A DNA stretch of 64,000 nt from Eledone cirrhosa (Eukaryota), in contig OZ024747.1 of the NCBI GenBank assembly GCA_964016885.1, positions 32,116,001-32,180,000 of the forward strand. The letters are read 5' to 3'. This document shows positions 52,113 to 64,000 of the stretch, piece after piece; the first letter of the stretch is position 1, and each line of letters starts with the position of its first letter. The notes beneath the pieces are model-generated. The model was not told the DNA's origin, searched no databases, and worked only from the letters and a program-made list of their open reading frames with translations. The translations under genes were made by a program, and so were the position numbers.

Positions 52113-53503
52113 AAGGAAAAGCGAAGTAGTTTCAGATGTTCAAGTCCTTTAATAATAATGCTGTGATATATATTTCAGTGACGACACTGGCCACACTGTT
52201 CTGTGTGCGAGTGTCGTGTCATCATCAGACAGCTTGTTACATAATAAGGTTATGTTTCCGAGGCAATTCAAATTGGATCGACAAGGGAACGGATAAATTG
52301 CGTGTTCTTGGGTTTTTCATCCGCTCCCTTGTGAGTACCAATTCACCCCCACCGGCCTGCGCAAGCGCATGTCCGAAGGAAGTTGACCATTCGCCACCGC
52401 AGACTTCAACGAAATTTGCTTAGTCAGTTCACCCTGTCATCCAAAACAATGGCCCACCAATGCCTGTACCATATTTTACTGCTACCCATCACGGCTGTGG
52501 CAGCCAGCCGAGAGCCAGAGGGGATGGGAGAGTATTAGTTTTTACAGGTCATAATACTACCCCTCACTAAGCGTTGACGGTACGACTGACCATCACCTTA
52601 TTAGGGAAAATAAACTTATTCTAGGTATCATGGTTTTACGTTGGAAGTTAAGAGTGAGAGTTGGAAATAAAAATTAAAATCCTAAATCAAATATCAGAAA
52701 TTATAAATTAAACAATTAAGAAATTAACAATTAGAAATTAAAGAATTTAAAAAAAATTAAAAAAATTCTTTTCAGGTGATAATTCGGATTGAGGTGAGTA
52801 AAAAATAGACTGAAGTGAGTAAATAATATGGAGAGAGGTGTTTAAGTCATATGCTCTGAGAGGGATTCTAGTGTCACAGTTACTCTATCCACATATTGAA
52901 CAACGGTGTCGTACATTATAACTACAGGGCTCCAGGCATTAGTGAATCTGGTACACAGTCCTAATTTCCATCACATGGAACAAAATCAAAGAAAAACAGA
53001 CATAAAGTACACAAAAGAAAAGAACAGAACCAACAGTGAATAAATGCAAAAACACAGAGTACATATATGATCCATACGATTGTCCATCTGTCCATGTATA
53101 GATTGAATTGAGGGGGCCTCTGTTCAAGTGCGATTTGGTGCAGGAAAATAGGGGTTTATCCTATTATTTGTTTCCGCGTATTTATCCTGCCTAAAGTTAT
53201 TATTATGTCCGTCCAGTGTAAGGGGTTTTCGTCCCCATGGTAGAGGGAATTTCCGGAGTAGCTTATGGTTGGTTCCTCTCTTCTCCACCATATCGGTTAC
53301 ATCGTAAAGCGCTCAACTATTGGAGCTAAATTATTAGGGTAAATATTGATGCAATTCAATTCAAGCACTCAACGTACTTTTTCCACATAGGAGTGACGGA
53401 GTAAATATCGAATAAGGAAAAGCGAAGTAGATTCAGATGTTCAAGTCCTTTAATAATAATGCTGTGATATATATTTCAGTGACGACACTGGCCACACTGT
53501 TCT
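52109..53503 (-). mobile_element. ORF-less structured HHR element with a 94-bp terminal direct repeat (family C, retrozyme-like)
   Basis: 52109-52202 equals 53410-53503; about 1.3-kb unit; intact HHR; homolog at 20050-20690. Confidence 0.85.
52160..52233 (-). ncRNA. Type I hammerhead ribozyme (family C)
   Basis: GCTGT-CTGATGA-tgacACGACACT..CACAC agaaca GTGTG..AGTGTCGTcact-GAAA-TATATA-TC-ACAGC. Confidence 0.85.
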
Positions 53504-53979
53504 CATATTTATTTGCGTGTGTGAATATGTAGAGGAGTGTATATTTTTCTAATTGTGTACATGTATATGTACGCATTTATGTATGTGTATGTATGTACGT
53601 GTGTATATAGGTATGATTGTGTGCATGTATGTATGTATGTATATGTATGTGTGTATATATCTGTGTGTGTGGTTGTATATATGTATGGATGTGTTGATAT
53701 TTATGTGCGTATGTATGTATGTGTATATGTATGTGTGTGTATGTGTGTATTTATATACACATATATATGTGTATATGTGTGTGTGTATGTATGAGTGTAT
53801 GTATATATATATATATATGTGTGTGTGTGTATGTATGCTTTTGTGTGTGTGTGTGTGTGTGTTTGCATGTGTGGTTTTATTTTATTTTTCCTTTCCTTCT
53901 TCTTTCTCCAGCCTCACTTTCATATAGATTGCATTTTTGTTTTTAAAATCCAAATTCAATAAACAGACCAGGAATTTTT

Positions 53980-54033
53980 CATTCTGAGGATTGAAAGCAA
54001 CATTTTTTGCGTTTAAGAAACCACTGGTAAATG
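53980..54033 (+). ncRNA. Type I hammerhead ribozyme (family A, distal copy)
   Basis: CATT-CTGAGGA-TTGAAAGCAA cattt TTGCGTTTAA-GAAA-CCACTGG-TA-AATG. Confidence 0.8.
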
Positions 54034-54239
54034 GAATAATTGCCTTATGTTGTTTATTACATAACTATTAAGCTCTGTTACCTACATAGAACACTCTTTT
54101 TTCCTAGACCTTTCCGACGGAATTACTTCATTCACACACATATATATATATATATAGTTGCAGATGATCAGGTTGATTATATGAGGACATTACAATAAAG
54201 TATAGCTGCCTACAAAAAGCGAAAACCTACACACTATCT

Positions 54240-54288
<49 letters not shown>

Positions 54289-54299
54289 ATGTGTGTGTG

Positions 54300-54441
54300 T
54301 GTGTTAGAAAGGGCCTCTATTCATAGAAACCAAGCCAGAAATGGTTCTGTAAGAGCAAGGCATGGTCATCTGATCTGACTTGTCTCACAATGAGACAACC
54401 CATGCTAACATGGAAAATGGACATTAAACGATGATGATGAT
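54300..54441 (+). mobile_element. Old RTE-tail fragment or RTE-dependent SINE
   Basis: gtgttagaaagggc...aacccatgctaacatggaaaatggacattaaacgatgatgatga. Confidence 0.65.
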
Positions 54442-54627
54442 ATATACAAAACCATATGTACTCTTGTATAAGTCACATGTCAATTGTACTTCTAACATTT
54501 GCAACATACTATATATTTTGAATTGCAATTTTGTAGGCCCAATCGATATGTCACATATTGGGGTTTCACGTGATTTCATAAAAGGTGCGACACTTTTACA
54601 AATATAGTATATGGTGTGCTATGAGTG

Positions 54628-54662
<35 letters not shown>

Positions 54663-56254
54663 ATGTATGTATGATCATGCACACATTCATGTATGTTTTT
54701 GTGTATGCATATATATGTGTATATACATACATACACAAATAGATATATGTGTATGCATATTTCTATAAATATTTACTAATGCATATGACAGATAGTAACA
54801 CTAAAGTCATTTAAACTTGACTCTAAATTTTATATTATAATTAGAACCAACACTGAACTAAATAGATTATTATCCAATTTTAACATATTTCTCCACCTAT
54901 AGTACTTTTGTGTTTTCTTTGCTACTTAATATAGTCACTTTCTTTAGCTGACTTCATTAATTATTACATTATCACCATTCATTATCACCTTTTTACTAAT
55001 CAACTTTTGACACTAGTAAAACTAGCCTATGCATTATATGCAACAACCTGTTACTAATTGTTCATATTCATTGTGAATGCAAGGCCCATTCTAATATAAT
55101 TATTTTATATTTTCTATATACTGAAATTTAAGAAATTTTCTGACTTGCAAAACTAACAGGAATTTTTACTTTGAAAATTCTTTCCCTCGATTTAAAAATA
55201 TTTTCTAGTTGAATCTATTTTTTCAGTTATGACTATATGATATAATTATGAAATAATTATATGTAAATATATACACAGCATTTTATGTCACCTTCATCAT
55301 TTTACATCTGCTTTTCAAGTTGGCTTCTGTTGGACAAGATATCACAGACAGAGTCTGAGTCACATGTTATTTGGTGTTACTGTCTGCCATGATGGGTTGG
55401 CATACCAGTTCTTGCTTATACATACTATTCATGGTTATGTTAATATGCATAGAATAGTGACTAGAAATTTGGATTCACAATTTTGAGGTTGCAAGTTCGA
55501 TATTTAGACTGGTGATGCATTATATCCTTTAGCAAGACACATTATTTCATGCTCTTTCTGCCAGCAGTTGCAACCATTCAATAGTACCAGCAATGAAAAA
55601 AACCCAATGGAAACATTATTTCCTTGGTCCAATTTCACAAGGTCCATCCCACTCAGTAAGCAAATAAGGTCTAGTATCTTGTCGATCATTAAAAAAGAAA
55701 TTGCTACAACTGGCTGCTCTCCCTAGCATAAACTATTTTACAGATTATGCTGAATGCATGTTACCATGTTATGAAGCCTAGAGATGTCCATATATCCCTG
55801 AGAGGATTTATACATACTCTTTAACTTATGTTGTTTTCATTTTACTGAATTTACTACATTTTATTATGAGAGATGGCCGTGTCTTCTAGAAGACTGAAAA
55901 GTATACAGTCTTCTTTCAAAGCCAACAATGACTGACAGGGTGAATAGAAGAGATGGTCATGATTAAAGGAGTAAAACAGGAGAGAGTGTGATGGAGGAAA
56001 CTTGAGTAATAGGAGTGAAAAGACATTAGAAGTAGATGACAATGATAGCAACATGTTGGTTTTTGGTAGAGATTGAATGGAGGAATCACATGGGTGAGAG
56101 TAAAGTAAAGCAAGAGATTGTTGATGATAGATGAGTGTTTTGATGCAAAGCCTAGAATCTTTGCACGAATCTTTGACAGATTCTGGAATTTGTACTATCT
56201 CATCAGAATACAAGAATTTCCACAGTTATCTGGTTTTGGACATCTATTTTGGCA

Positions 56255-56390
56255 TGAAAAATTATAATAAAGAGGAAGGGACTAAGAACTGAGCCCTAAT
56301 GAACTCTTATTTGTGTGCTCAATTTGTTACTAAGATCATTACAGACACCTGCCTAGCTGACAACACCCTAGTACATGGCTTTTAAAGTGA
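56255..56390 (-). pseudogene. Highly degenerate LINE RT fragment
   Basis: Minus strand gagttcattagggctcagttcttagtcccttcctctttataata, approximately (G)VH*GSVLSPFLFII. Confidence 0.45.
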
Positions 56391-57371
56391 GATTTGAGGT
56401 ATATTTAGCTATTATTTCTTGCAGGTTGAGAAAACACACATAGGTTTAGCAGTTAGCTTGACATACACAATTTCGTTGCTGCTGTTTTTGTTATTGTTAT
56501 TGTTGTTCAGCCCCAGATGTTCATTGAACAGACCCACGATGAAAGGCTTTTATGCTGTGACCATACCATCATTTTGTATAATTAGGGCCAAATTATATCA
56601 GCACAATATATCCTCCCCCTTTCCAAGATTACAACATGACGTTTGAGGAAATCTGCTCTATATCTAGCATCTCAAATGAACACATAGATGCTTCCAAGGT
56701 TAAATTGACACTTCCCATATAAGCTAGAATGATATCTTCAAACAATCACATCACAAACATCACCATCACCAGCTGAACCAACACCACCAACACTACCAGC
56801 TGAAACACCACCTCCAATGGAAAACTAAGACAACAACCACAAAACAAAAGTGATATGTAAATCTATTAAGTATTTGATACTACAAGAAATGACTACATGT
56901 AAAATCATGCCGTGACTTTACACAAAAACATGTTTTTTAGGTTTAATATTTGTTTTGCATTTTTTCTTTTTCTTATTTATTACTGTTTCCATATTTTTAC
57001 TTTTGCTATTTATTTTCTATTTCATGAAGTTTATATTTAAACATATCTTTCTGTTTTTATGTATATATATTTGTATGTGTTTTACGCTAAAAGTAAAAAA
57101 GTTCATGAATTGTTTGAAAGGGAACATAGCTTAGCTATCTTCACAATCTACATCCACAACTTTATCATATAGTTCTTTTATTCCATTTATATACAGACTC
57201 AAAAACACATACATACGCAGACATTTATATATATATATGTAAAAGTTCTATTTAAATTGTTGGAATACAACAAGAAGCAAATATTTTTATAACTGATATA
57301 AAGCACTCAACAAATATTTGGAGTAAAAATACGATATTAACAAATGGAAACTATATTTATAAAACCATATT

Positions 57372-57436
57372 TATTTCATTATACATATTTCAAGGACACC
57401 AAGTTAAATTATGGTGTGCTTTCATCAGATAAAATA
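57372..57436 (-). ncRNA. Type I hammerhead ribozyme (family M relative) in an ORF-less pLTR-like region
   Basis: TATTTTAT-CTGATGA-AAGcACACCA taatttaact TGGTGTcCTT-GAAA-TATGTA-TA-ATGAAATA. Confidence 0.8.
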
Positions 57437-58286
57437 TAATATAGATCAGTTTTATAAATAAATATTGACATACCCTTAAAGAATGCAACCATTACTGTTG
57501 GAAGCTCCTGGATAGTGGAGTTGTAGCTTTAATTATATTATTAGTATTGGATATTTTTTAAATAAGCCGTTGGGTTACGGAGAAAGAGAAAGATAGAGAA
57601 GGAAAGAGAGAGAAAGAGCAGAACAACAGAGAGAGAAAGATAGAGAGAGAGAGGAGACAGAGAAAGGAGAGAGAACGAAAAACTCTAAGTCATATCTTGT
57701 TGAATTAACTTAACAATTGAGATGAAATGAATAAATAAAATTAGAAATGTTAATAATCATGAATGGAATATACATATATAATATGAGAAATTTAACCATT
57801 GTTTAAATATGATTAGATGTTTAGTTAATCAGTTAAATATTAAGATCAATATATTAAAAATTGGGATCTATATATTAAGAAATCCATATATTATTAAAGA
57901 TCTATATATTATATAACACGTATACACACGCAAAAATACATACATATAAATATATATACACACTTATAAAAATACATATACATATCTAACTACGTATATA
58001 ATATATACATACAAAATATAAAGGATTCTTTAATTTAATTTAAGATATAGGAATCTTATAAAATGTTACAATTGTTAAGATATTAAAGGAAATTTTATGT
58101 TATACACACTTTATGTTATTAAACAAAATTTTTTAATATAAGTTTTATAAGATTACCTGTTATGTATAAGGCTGTTATTATATGTCTATTTGTCACGAAT
58201 CTTGGGATAATCACTATACATAAATGCAATCGAATTGTATGGATATACACGCACATGTACATACACAATTCCCACATATACATACA

Positions 58287-59715
58287 TGTCCTTAGCCCAC
58301 TCCTATTTATTATTGCCCTTCAGGCTATAACAGAGGAGTTCAAGATCGGCTGCCCATGGGAACTCCTCTATGCAGATGATCTAATGCTCATAGCTGAATA
58401 GATGGCTGAACTAGAGAAGAAATTCCAATCATGGAAGCATGGCCTAGAATCAAAAGACCTTAAAGTTAACTTGTCTAAGACTAAAGTTCTAGTATGTAGG
58501 AAGGAAAGTAGGGCACAGGTCCCCTCTGGGAAATGGCTATGCTCAGTGTGTAGGAAAGTAGTAGGCAGAAATTCCATTTTATGTCCCAAATGCAAAGTAT
58601 GGGCGCATAAAAAGATGTAGTGGGATCACAGGTAAGCTATCTAAGAACATAGATTTTATATGTGGCTGGTGCTCAGGTGAAATAAGTAGCAAGCGCCCAA
58701 AGGGTATTAGCTCCTTCTATTGCCCAGATGGCTCTATAGAAATAGTGGACTGCTTCCGTTACCTGAGTGACAAAATCAGCACTGGTGGAGGGTGCTCAGA
58801 AAGTACAGTAGCCAGAGTCAGAACGGGATGGAAAAAGTTCAGAGAGCTTATACCACTATTGGCCGCTAAAGGTTTCTCTCTAAAAATGAAAGGCAGACTG
58901 TATGATGCCTGCATACGTACAGCTATGTTAGATGGCAGTGAGACATGGGCATTGTGTGCAGAGGATCTGCACAGACTGGAGAGGAATGAAGCATGCATGC
59001 TCCGCTGCATGTGTTATAGTAATATACATGAACAGCAAAGCATAAATGAACTAAGTGAGAAATTAGGTATAAGAGGGATCAGATGCTGTTTACTAAGTTC
59101 GTATGGTCACGTGATGCGCACGAAAGACGATAGCTGTATAAAAAAGTGCAGGGCGATCAAAATTGACAGAAATTACGGAGTAGGCAGACCCAGAAAACCT
59201 GGGACGATTTGATAAATTCTGACCTTACACACTTACCCCTCTCTAAGACAATGTCACTGGACCGAGATCTTTGGTGCTATGCAATAATACAGAAAACCCG
59301 CCTTGCCTAAGTACAAAGCGAAACCTACAGTCAGTAGGCACCTCTTAATCAAATATACACCCCCTCCCACTACCCCAACTCCAACACCCCCACCCCATCA
59401 ACACCACCCCTTTCTCTGTAAAGTTATGCTGGTACCACAACAGCCAGTTCTAAATAAATGAGGTCGTGTAGGTGTCACGACAAAAAAACACACAGTCCAC
59501 GCTGTAATGTTGCCGTGTAGGTAACACGGTAAAAACCTCACAGTACACACTGTAAACGTGGTTGGTGTTAGGAAGGGCATCCAGTCATAGCAAACCTGCC
59601 AGACAGTCCTATACGAGCAAGACAACCAATCTTGCCTCAAATGGGACAATTCCCGTCTAAACCCATACTAGCGTGGAAGATAGATGTTAAACGATGATGA
59701 TGATAATGATGATGA
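58287..59715 (+). mobile_element. 5'-truncated, degenerate RTE-clade LINE
   Basis: VLSPLLFII, PWELLYADDL, KVNLSKTKV, Cys-rich insert (CSVC..CPKC..H), FRYL, ARVRTGWKKFREL, GSETW, YGHVMR, GRPRK; 3' tail ...gttaaacgatgatgat. Confidence 0.85.
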
Positions 59716-59730
59716 TATATTATTATTATT

Positions 59731-60760
59731 GACGCATAGAGTTACGGCCCTTGCCATTCTGAGTTCAAATCCCGCCGAGGTTAACTTTGCCTTTCATCTT
59801 TACGGGGTCGATAAAATAAAGTACCAGTAATGCACTGGGTTTTTGTTGGCCTTGTGCCAAAAGTAGAAGGAATTATTATTACTTTCAAAGTAAAGGATAT
59901 CATGAATGATATAAAATCAAACATATCTCTTGTCTGTAAAAACAGCTCACGATAGAATTCAGAGAATAAAATCGAGCCTTAATCATTATGAGAAAGTGAT
60001 TAAAATATATTCATACACAGATAAGTGTGCACTAAGACATATCAAAACTTAGAACTAGACACAATCTACACTGAAAGTAAGACTACATAATTCGTTGAGT
60101 ATCTTATTAAATTTAAATCTAAATACCTGATAACGATCAATATATTTCCCTCATAGGTATTCTCCACAAAATCAGAATACATTTCACCAAATAAGGCAAA
60201 ATTACATATATTTTGAAACGGATGTATCATCAGTGAGGGATTTCAAAATCATCTAATCTCACTCAATGCAGGGTTGAAAGTGGCTAAATGCACATGGTAT
60301 CAAAATATGAATTTTAGCACTCGCAATGGCATGAAGGGTTCTCGTTTGCTAGAAATAGCAGTCCAACCTCTCGATGATAAACAGCTCACCACATAAGGAG
60401 CAGACATATTATTATTAGGTGGATTGGCAGTATAGGTAGAGGGTCGGACACCATGCTTTGACGCATAGAGTTACGGCCCTTGCCATTCTGAGTTCAAATC
60501 CCGCCGAGGTTAGCTTTGCCTTTCATCCTTACGGGGTCGATAAAATAAAGTACCAGTAATGAACTGGGTAATTTGCTTTCAAAGAATTATTACTTTCAAA
60601 GTAAAGGGTGTCATCAATGATACAAAATCAAACATATGTCTTGTCTCTAAAAACTGATCAAGATAGAATTCAGAGAATAAAATCGAGCTTTAATCGTTAT
60701 AAGAAAGTGATTGAAATATATTCATACACAGATAAGTGTGTACTAAGACATATCAAAATA
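59731..60760 (+). repeat. Local duplication of an S1 SINE plus flank (59731-60050 and 60459-60760)
   Basis: tgacgcatagagttacggccc...gacatatcaaaa is present twice; the second SINE copy has its head from about 60420. Confidence 0.8.
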
Positions 60761-60831
60761 TAGTCATAGTCCACACTTATCTGTGTATGAATATATTTCA
60801 ATCACTTTCTTATATATATATATATATATAT

Positions 60832-60860
<29 letters not shown>

Positions 60861-60866
<6 letters not shown>

Positions 60867-61342
60867 TAAACGGAATAGAAAATGCTGACAAATTGTTCAC
60901 AGTTGAAAAATGGTTTAATTAGGAATAAAAGAGTATTAGTGATTGTATGGGTTAGTATTCAGTTGTGGTTTTAAGTTTTTAAGTTTTTACCGGTTGCGCA
61001 TTTCTAAATGCTTTTCAAAAATAATTTTGAGATAGAGTGTCCGTGCTGTTTGCTCTGATCTGATTAGTTTTGGGAATTCTACCTGTTTTTATGTTAAAAA
61101 AATGGCTCCAGCGTTATTTTTGTGTTGCAAAAATGCTTGTGGTCAAAACAATTTTGATTGGTCGGTAGAGGTCATGTGAATGTAAAAAGTTGATTTTGCG
61201 CCAAGACTGTTTTTATGTTAAAATGTTAGAAAAGTGGCTCCAGCAAAAATTATGGTCAAAACAATTTTGATTGGTCGGTAGAGGTCATGTGGATAAAAAA
61301 TTGGTTTTGCGCCAAGATTGAGAAATGACTCTTTCACAACAA

Positions 61343-61400
<58 letters not shown>

Positions 61401-61469
61401 TAGTAGTAGTAAGGTGTTCGATGCTGCGACAATAGCCACCAGCGATGTGTGTCAAATGGCTATTAAGAT

Positions 61470-61513
<44 letters not shown>

Positions 61514-62863
61514 ACATACACACAGCAGAGTCATTCGAAGGTCAAAAGATATTTTTCAGCTTTTGTCTTATACGGAGAAGTGCGTGTGTGTGTGTGTGTG
61601 TGTATAAGTCTCTTTGTATGTTGATGTACGCGTGTGTATGTGTTTGTGTATATATGTGTGTGTGTGCATGTGTGGGTGGACCAGTATTTTTTTCCCCCCT
61701 GGTAAAATGGTGTACATTATTCGATTTTTTCAGTAAAATCGGTTCTCTTAATAGAACATCAACAATCTTAACAATAAAAGGTGTGAAATGATATTCACTA
61801 TATATATATATACACACACACACAATGGAATCCAACGTGCCCTAAAACTCAGTACCCAGGACCTTAGACACCCTAAAGTAAATCAACCAAAACTAAAAGC
61901 TCTTCCATACATCTCCACACACAACCCCCTCAACAACGAGGCCTTTGACACCATCCTCCAGAACATCCCTGTATTGAAAAAGGACCATAGAATGAACCAA
62001 ATTCTACGAACACACGATATCATAAAGAGCAAAAGACAATCCAAGTCAATGAAAAACATCTTAACACATGCCAAAGTACTGCCAACCACAACAACGAAAC
62101 CCACAGTAAAAAAATGCGATAGACCCAACTGTGGCATTTGCATCAACCTAATAGAGGGTTCGGAATTCTATTTCAAAGATGGACAACGTTTTATAGTAAA
62201 ACACAATTTCACATGTGCATCGGAAAATTTAATATATGTATTAACTTGTTCAGGTTGTCGAGAACAATACATAGGCCAGACCAAAAACAGCCTCCGCCAA
62301 CGCATGTCTGTCCATAGATCCCAAATTAAAATACGGGAATACAGGAAAATACCACTGAGTGAACACATTGATACCTGCGCCGCCCCAAATCATCCCAACT
62401 TCAGAATCTTTCCCCTCTACAAATTTAAAGATAATGCCACCCACACCCAGCGCATCAGCAAGGAATCTTACTTCATTAACAAATACGGACCCCGTCTAAA
62501 CACTTCTCCCTAAGACGAACCCACAACATACACACGTCAACATACATACCTACATCAGCACACATCTCTACCCACATATAAACACAATGACACACGTAAA
62601 CACACATGCTCTATGGTGCAATACAAAAAAATATGTGTGCATATATATGTATGTATATATGTATATATATATATGTGTATATGTAGTGAAAATATATATA
62701 TATATGTGTGTGTGTATGTGTGTATATATATATATAGTGAATATCATTTCACACCTTTTATTGTTAAGATTGTTGATGTTCTATTAAGAGAACCGATTTT
62801 ACTGAAAAAATCGAATAATGTACACCATTTTACCAGGGGGGAAAAAAATACTGGTCCACCCAC

Positions 62864-62900
<37 letters not shown>

Positions 62901-63035
62901 CACAAACACATACACACGCGTACATCAACATACAAAGAGACTTATACACACACACACACACACACGCACTTCTCCGTATAAGACAAAAGCTGAAAAATAT
63001 CTTTTGACCTTCGAATGACTCTGCTGTGTGTATGT

Positions 63036-63109
<74 letters not shown>

Positions 63110-63178
63110 ATCTTAATAGCCATTTGACACACATCGCTGGTGGCTATTGTCGCAGCATCGAACACCTTACTACTACTA

Positions 63179-63254
<76 letters not shown>

Positions 63255-63769
63255 TTGTTGTGAAAGAGTCATTTCTCAATCTTGGCGCAAAACCAATTTT
63301 TTATCCACATGACCTCTACCGACCAATCAAAATTGTTTTGACCATAATTTTTGCTGGAGCCACTTTTCTAACATTTTAACATAAAAACAGTCTTGGCGCA
63401 AAATCAACTTTTTACATTCACATGACCTCTACCGACCAATCAAAATTGTTTTGACCACAAGCATTTTTGCAACACAAAAATAACGCTGGAGCCATTTTTT
63501 TAACATAAAAACAGGTAGAATTCCCAAAACTAATCAGATCAGAGCAAACAGCACGGACACTCTATCTCAAAATTATTTTTGAAAAGCATTTAGAAATGCG
63601 CAACCGGTAAAAACTTAAAAACTTAAAACCACAACTGAATACTAACCCATACAATCACTAATACTCTTTTATTCCTAATTAAACCATTTTTCAACTGTGA
63701 ACAATTTGTCAGCATTTTCTATTCCGTTTACCAATATATAATAACTTGTGTGTTACACCTCTATTCTTT

Positions 63770-63775
<6 letters not shown>
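60861..63775 (+). mobile_element. 5'-truncated PLE (family G) with about 0.95-1.0-kb inverted arms
   Basis: 60861-61810 is the reverse complement of about 62725-63737, differing mainly in (CA)n lengths; EN ORF lies in the spacer; (TA)n flanks. Confidence 0.92.
61825..62513 (+). pseudogene. PLE linker plus GIY-YIG endonuclease fragment (Neptune-like Cys pattern)
   Basis: LPYISTHNP..KCDRPNCGIC..FTCASENLIYVLTCSGCREQYIGQT..LRQRMSVH..KESYFI..PRLN. Confidence 0.88.
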
Positions 63776-63824
<49 letters not shown>

Positions 63825-63826
<2 letters not shown>

Positions 63827-64000
63827 CGAAGGAAATGTGGTAAGGAACCAGATGGACCATAACGCACCAAAGTACTCAATACTTAGGGTAGTAGAGTGGG
63901 TAATAGGAACAAGCATGACTCCGACGGCAGAGCTCAAGCCGTTTCGACGGCTAATTCTGGACTAAATAAGAATTTTTAGCCTGGTAAATAAATAGCCGAA
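63825..64000 (-). mobile_element. 3' end of a pLTR (family N) running off the window; HHR 3' half
   Basis: Minus strand CGGCTA...TAGCCGtc-GAAA-CGGC ttgagctct GCCG-TC; the CUGANGA half should lie just beyond 64000. Confidence 0.7.

Noticed and set aside
52136-52423. 95-aa ORF in family C as an encoded protein
   Set aside because: It is antisense to the ribozyme strand, and the 20-kb homolog has indels in this region. Conservation fits RNA structure rather than coding.

Overview
Eukaryotic, very AT-rich, microsatellite-saturated DNA, probably an invertebrate (cephalopod/Octopus-like judging from the SINE and RTE tails; this is inference). I see no supportable host protein-coding gene. Almost all the [11 protein letters not shown] ORFs are translated microsatellites. 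The window is a nest of retroelements. (1) 4.4-15.4 kb: R4/Dong-like RLE LINEs, a Tx1/L1-like LINE and tRNA-SINEs stacked in (TAA)n tracts. (2) 15.4-64 kb: many families of Penelope-like elements (PLE; RT plus C-terminal GIY-YIG) and ORF-less relatives inserted in (TA)n tracts, with direct or inverted pseudo-LTRs. By eye I read about 13 distinct type-I hammerhead ribozyme (HHR) sequence families in over 20 full, partial or degenerate copies. These include a recurrent non-canonical CAGANGA core, HHRs with roughly 40-110 nt inserted in stem II, and ORF-less retrozyme-like units with compensatory base changes between diverged copies. The best candidate for an undescribed system is the set of non-coding, structured, HHR-bearing RNA elements at 20.05-20.69 kb/52.1-53.5 kb, 19.4/26.4 kb and 43.4-44.5 kb. 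Fold-back palindromes occur at every scale from about 30 bp to 1.6 kb arms, including a nested double palindrome at 44.9-54.1 kb. All folds and alignments were done by eye, and element boundaries are approximate.
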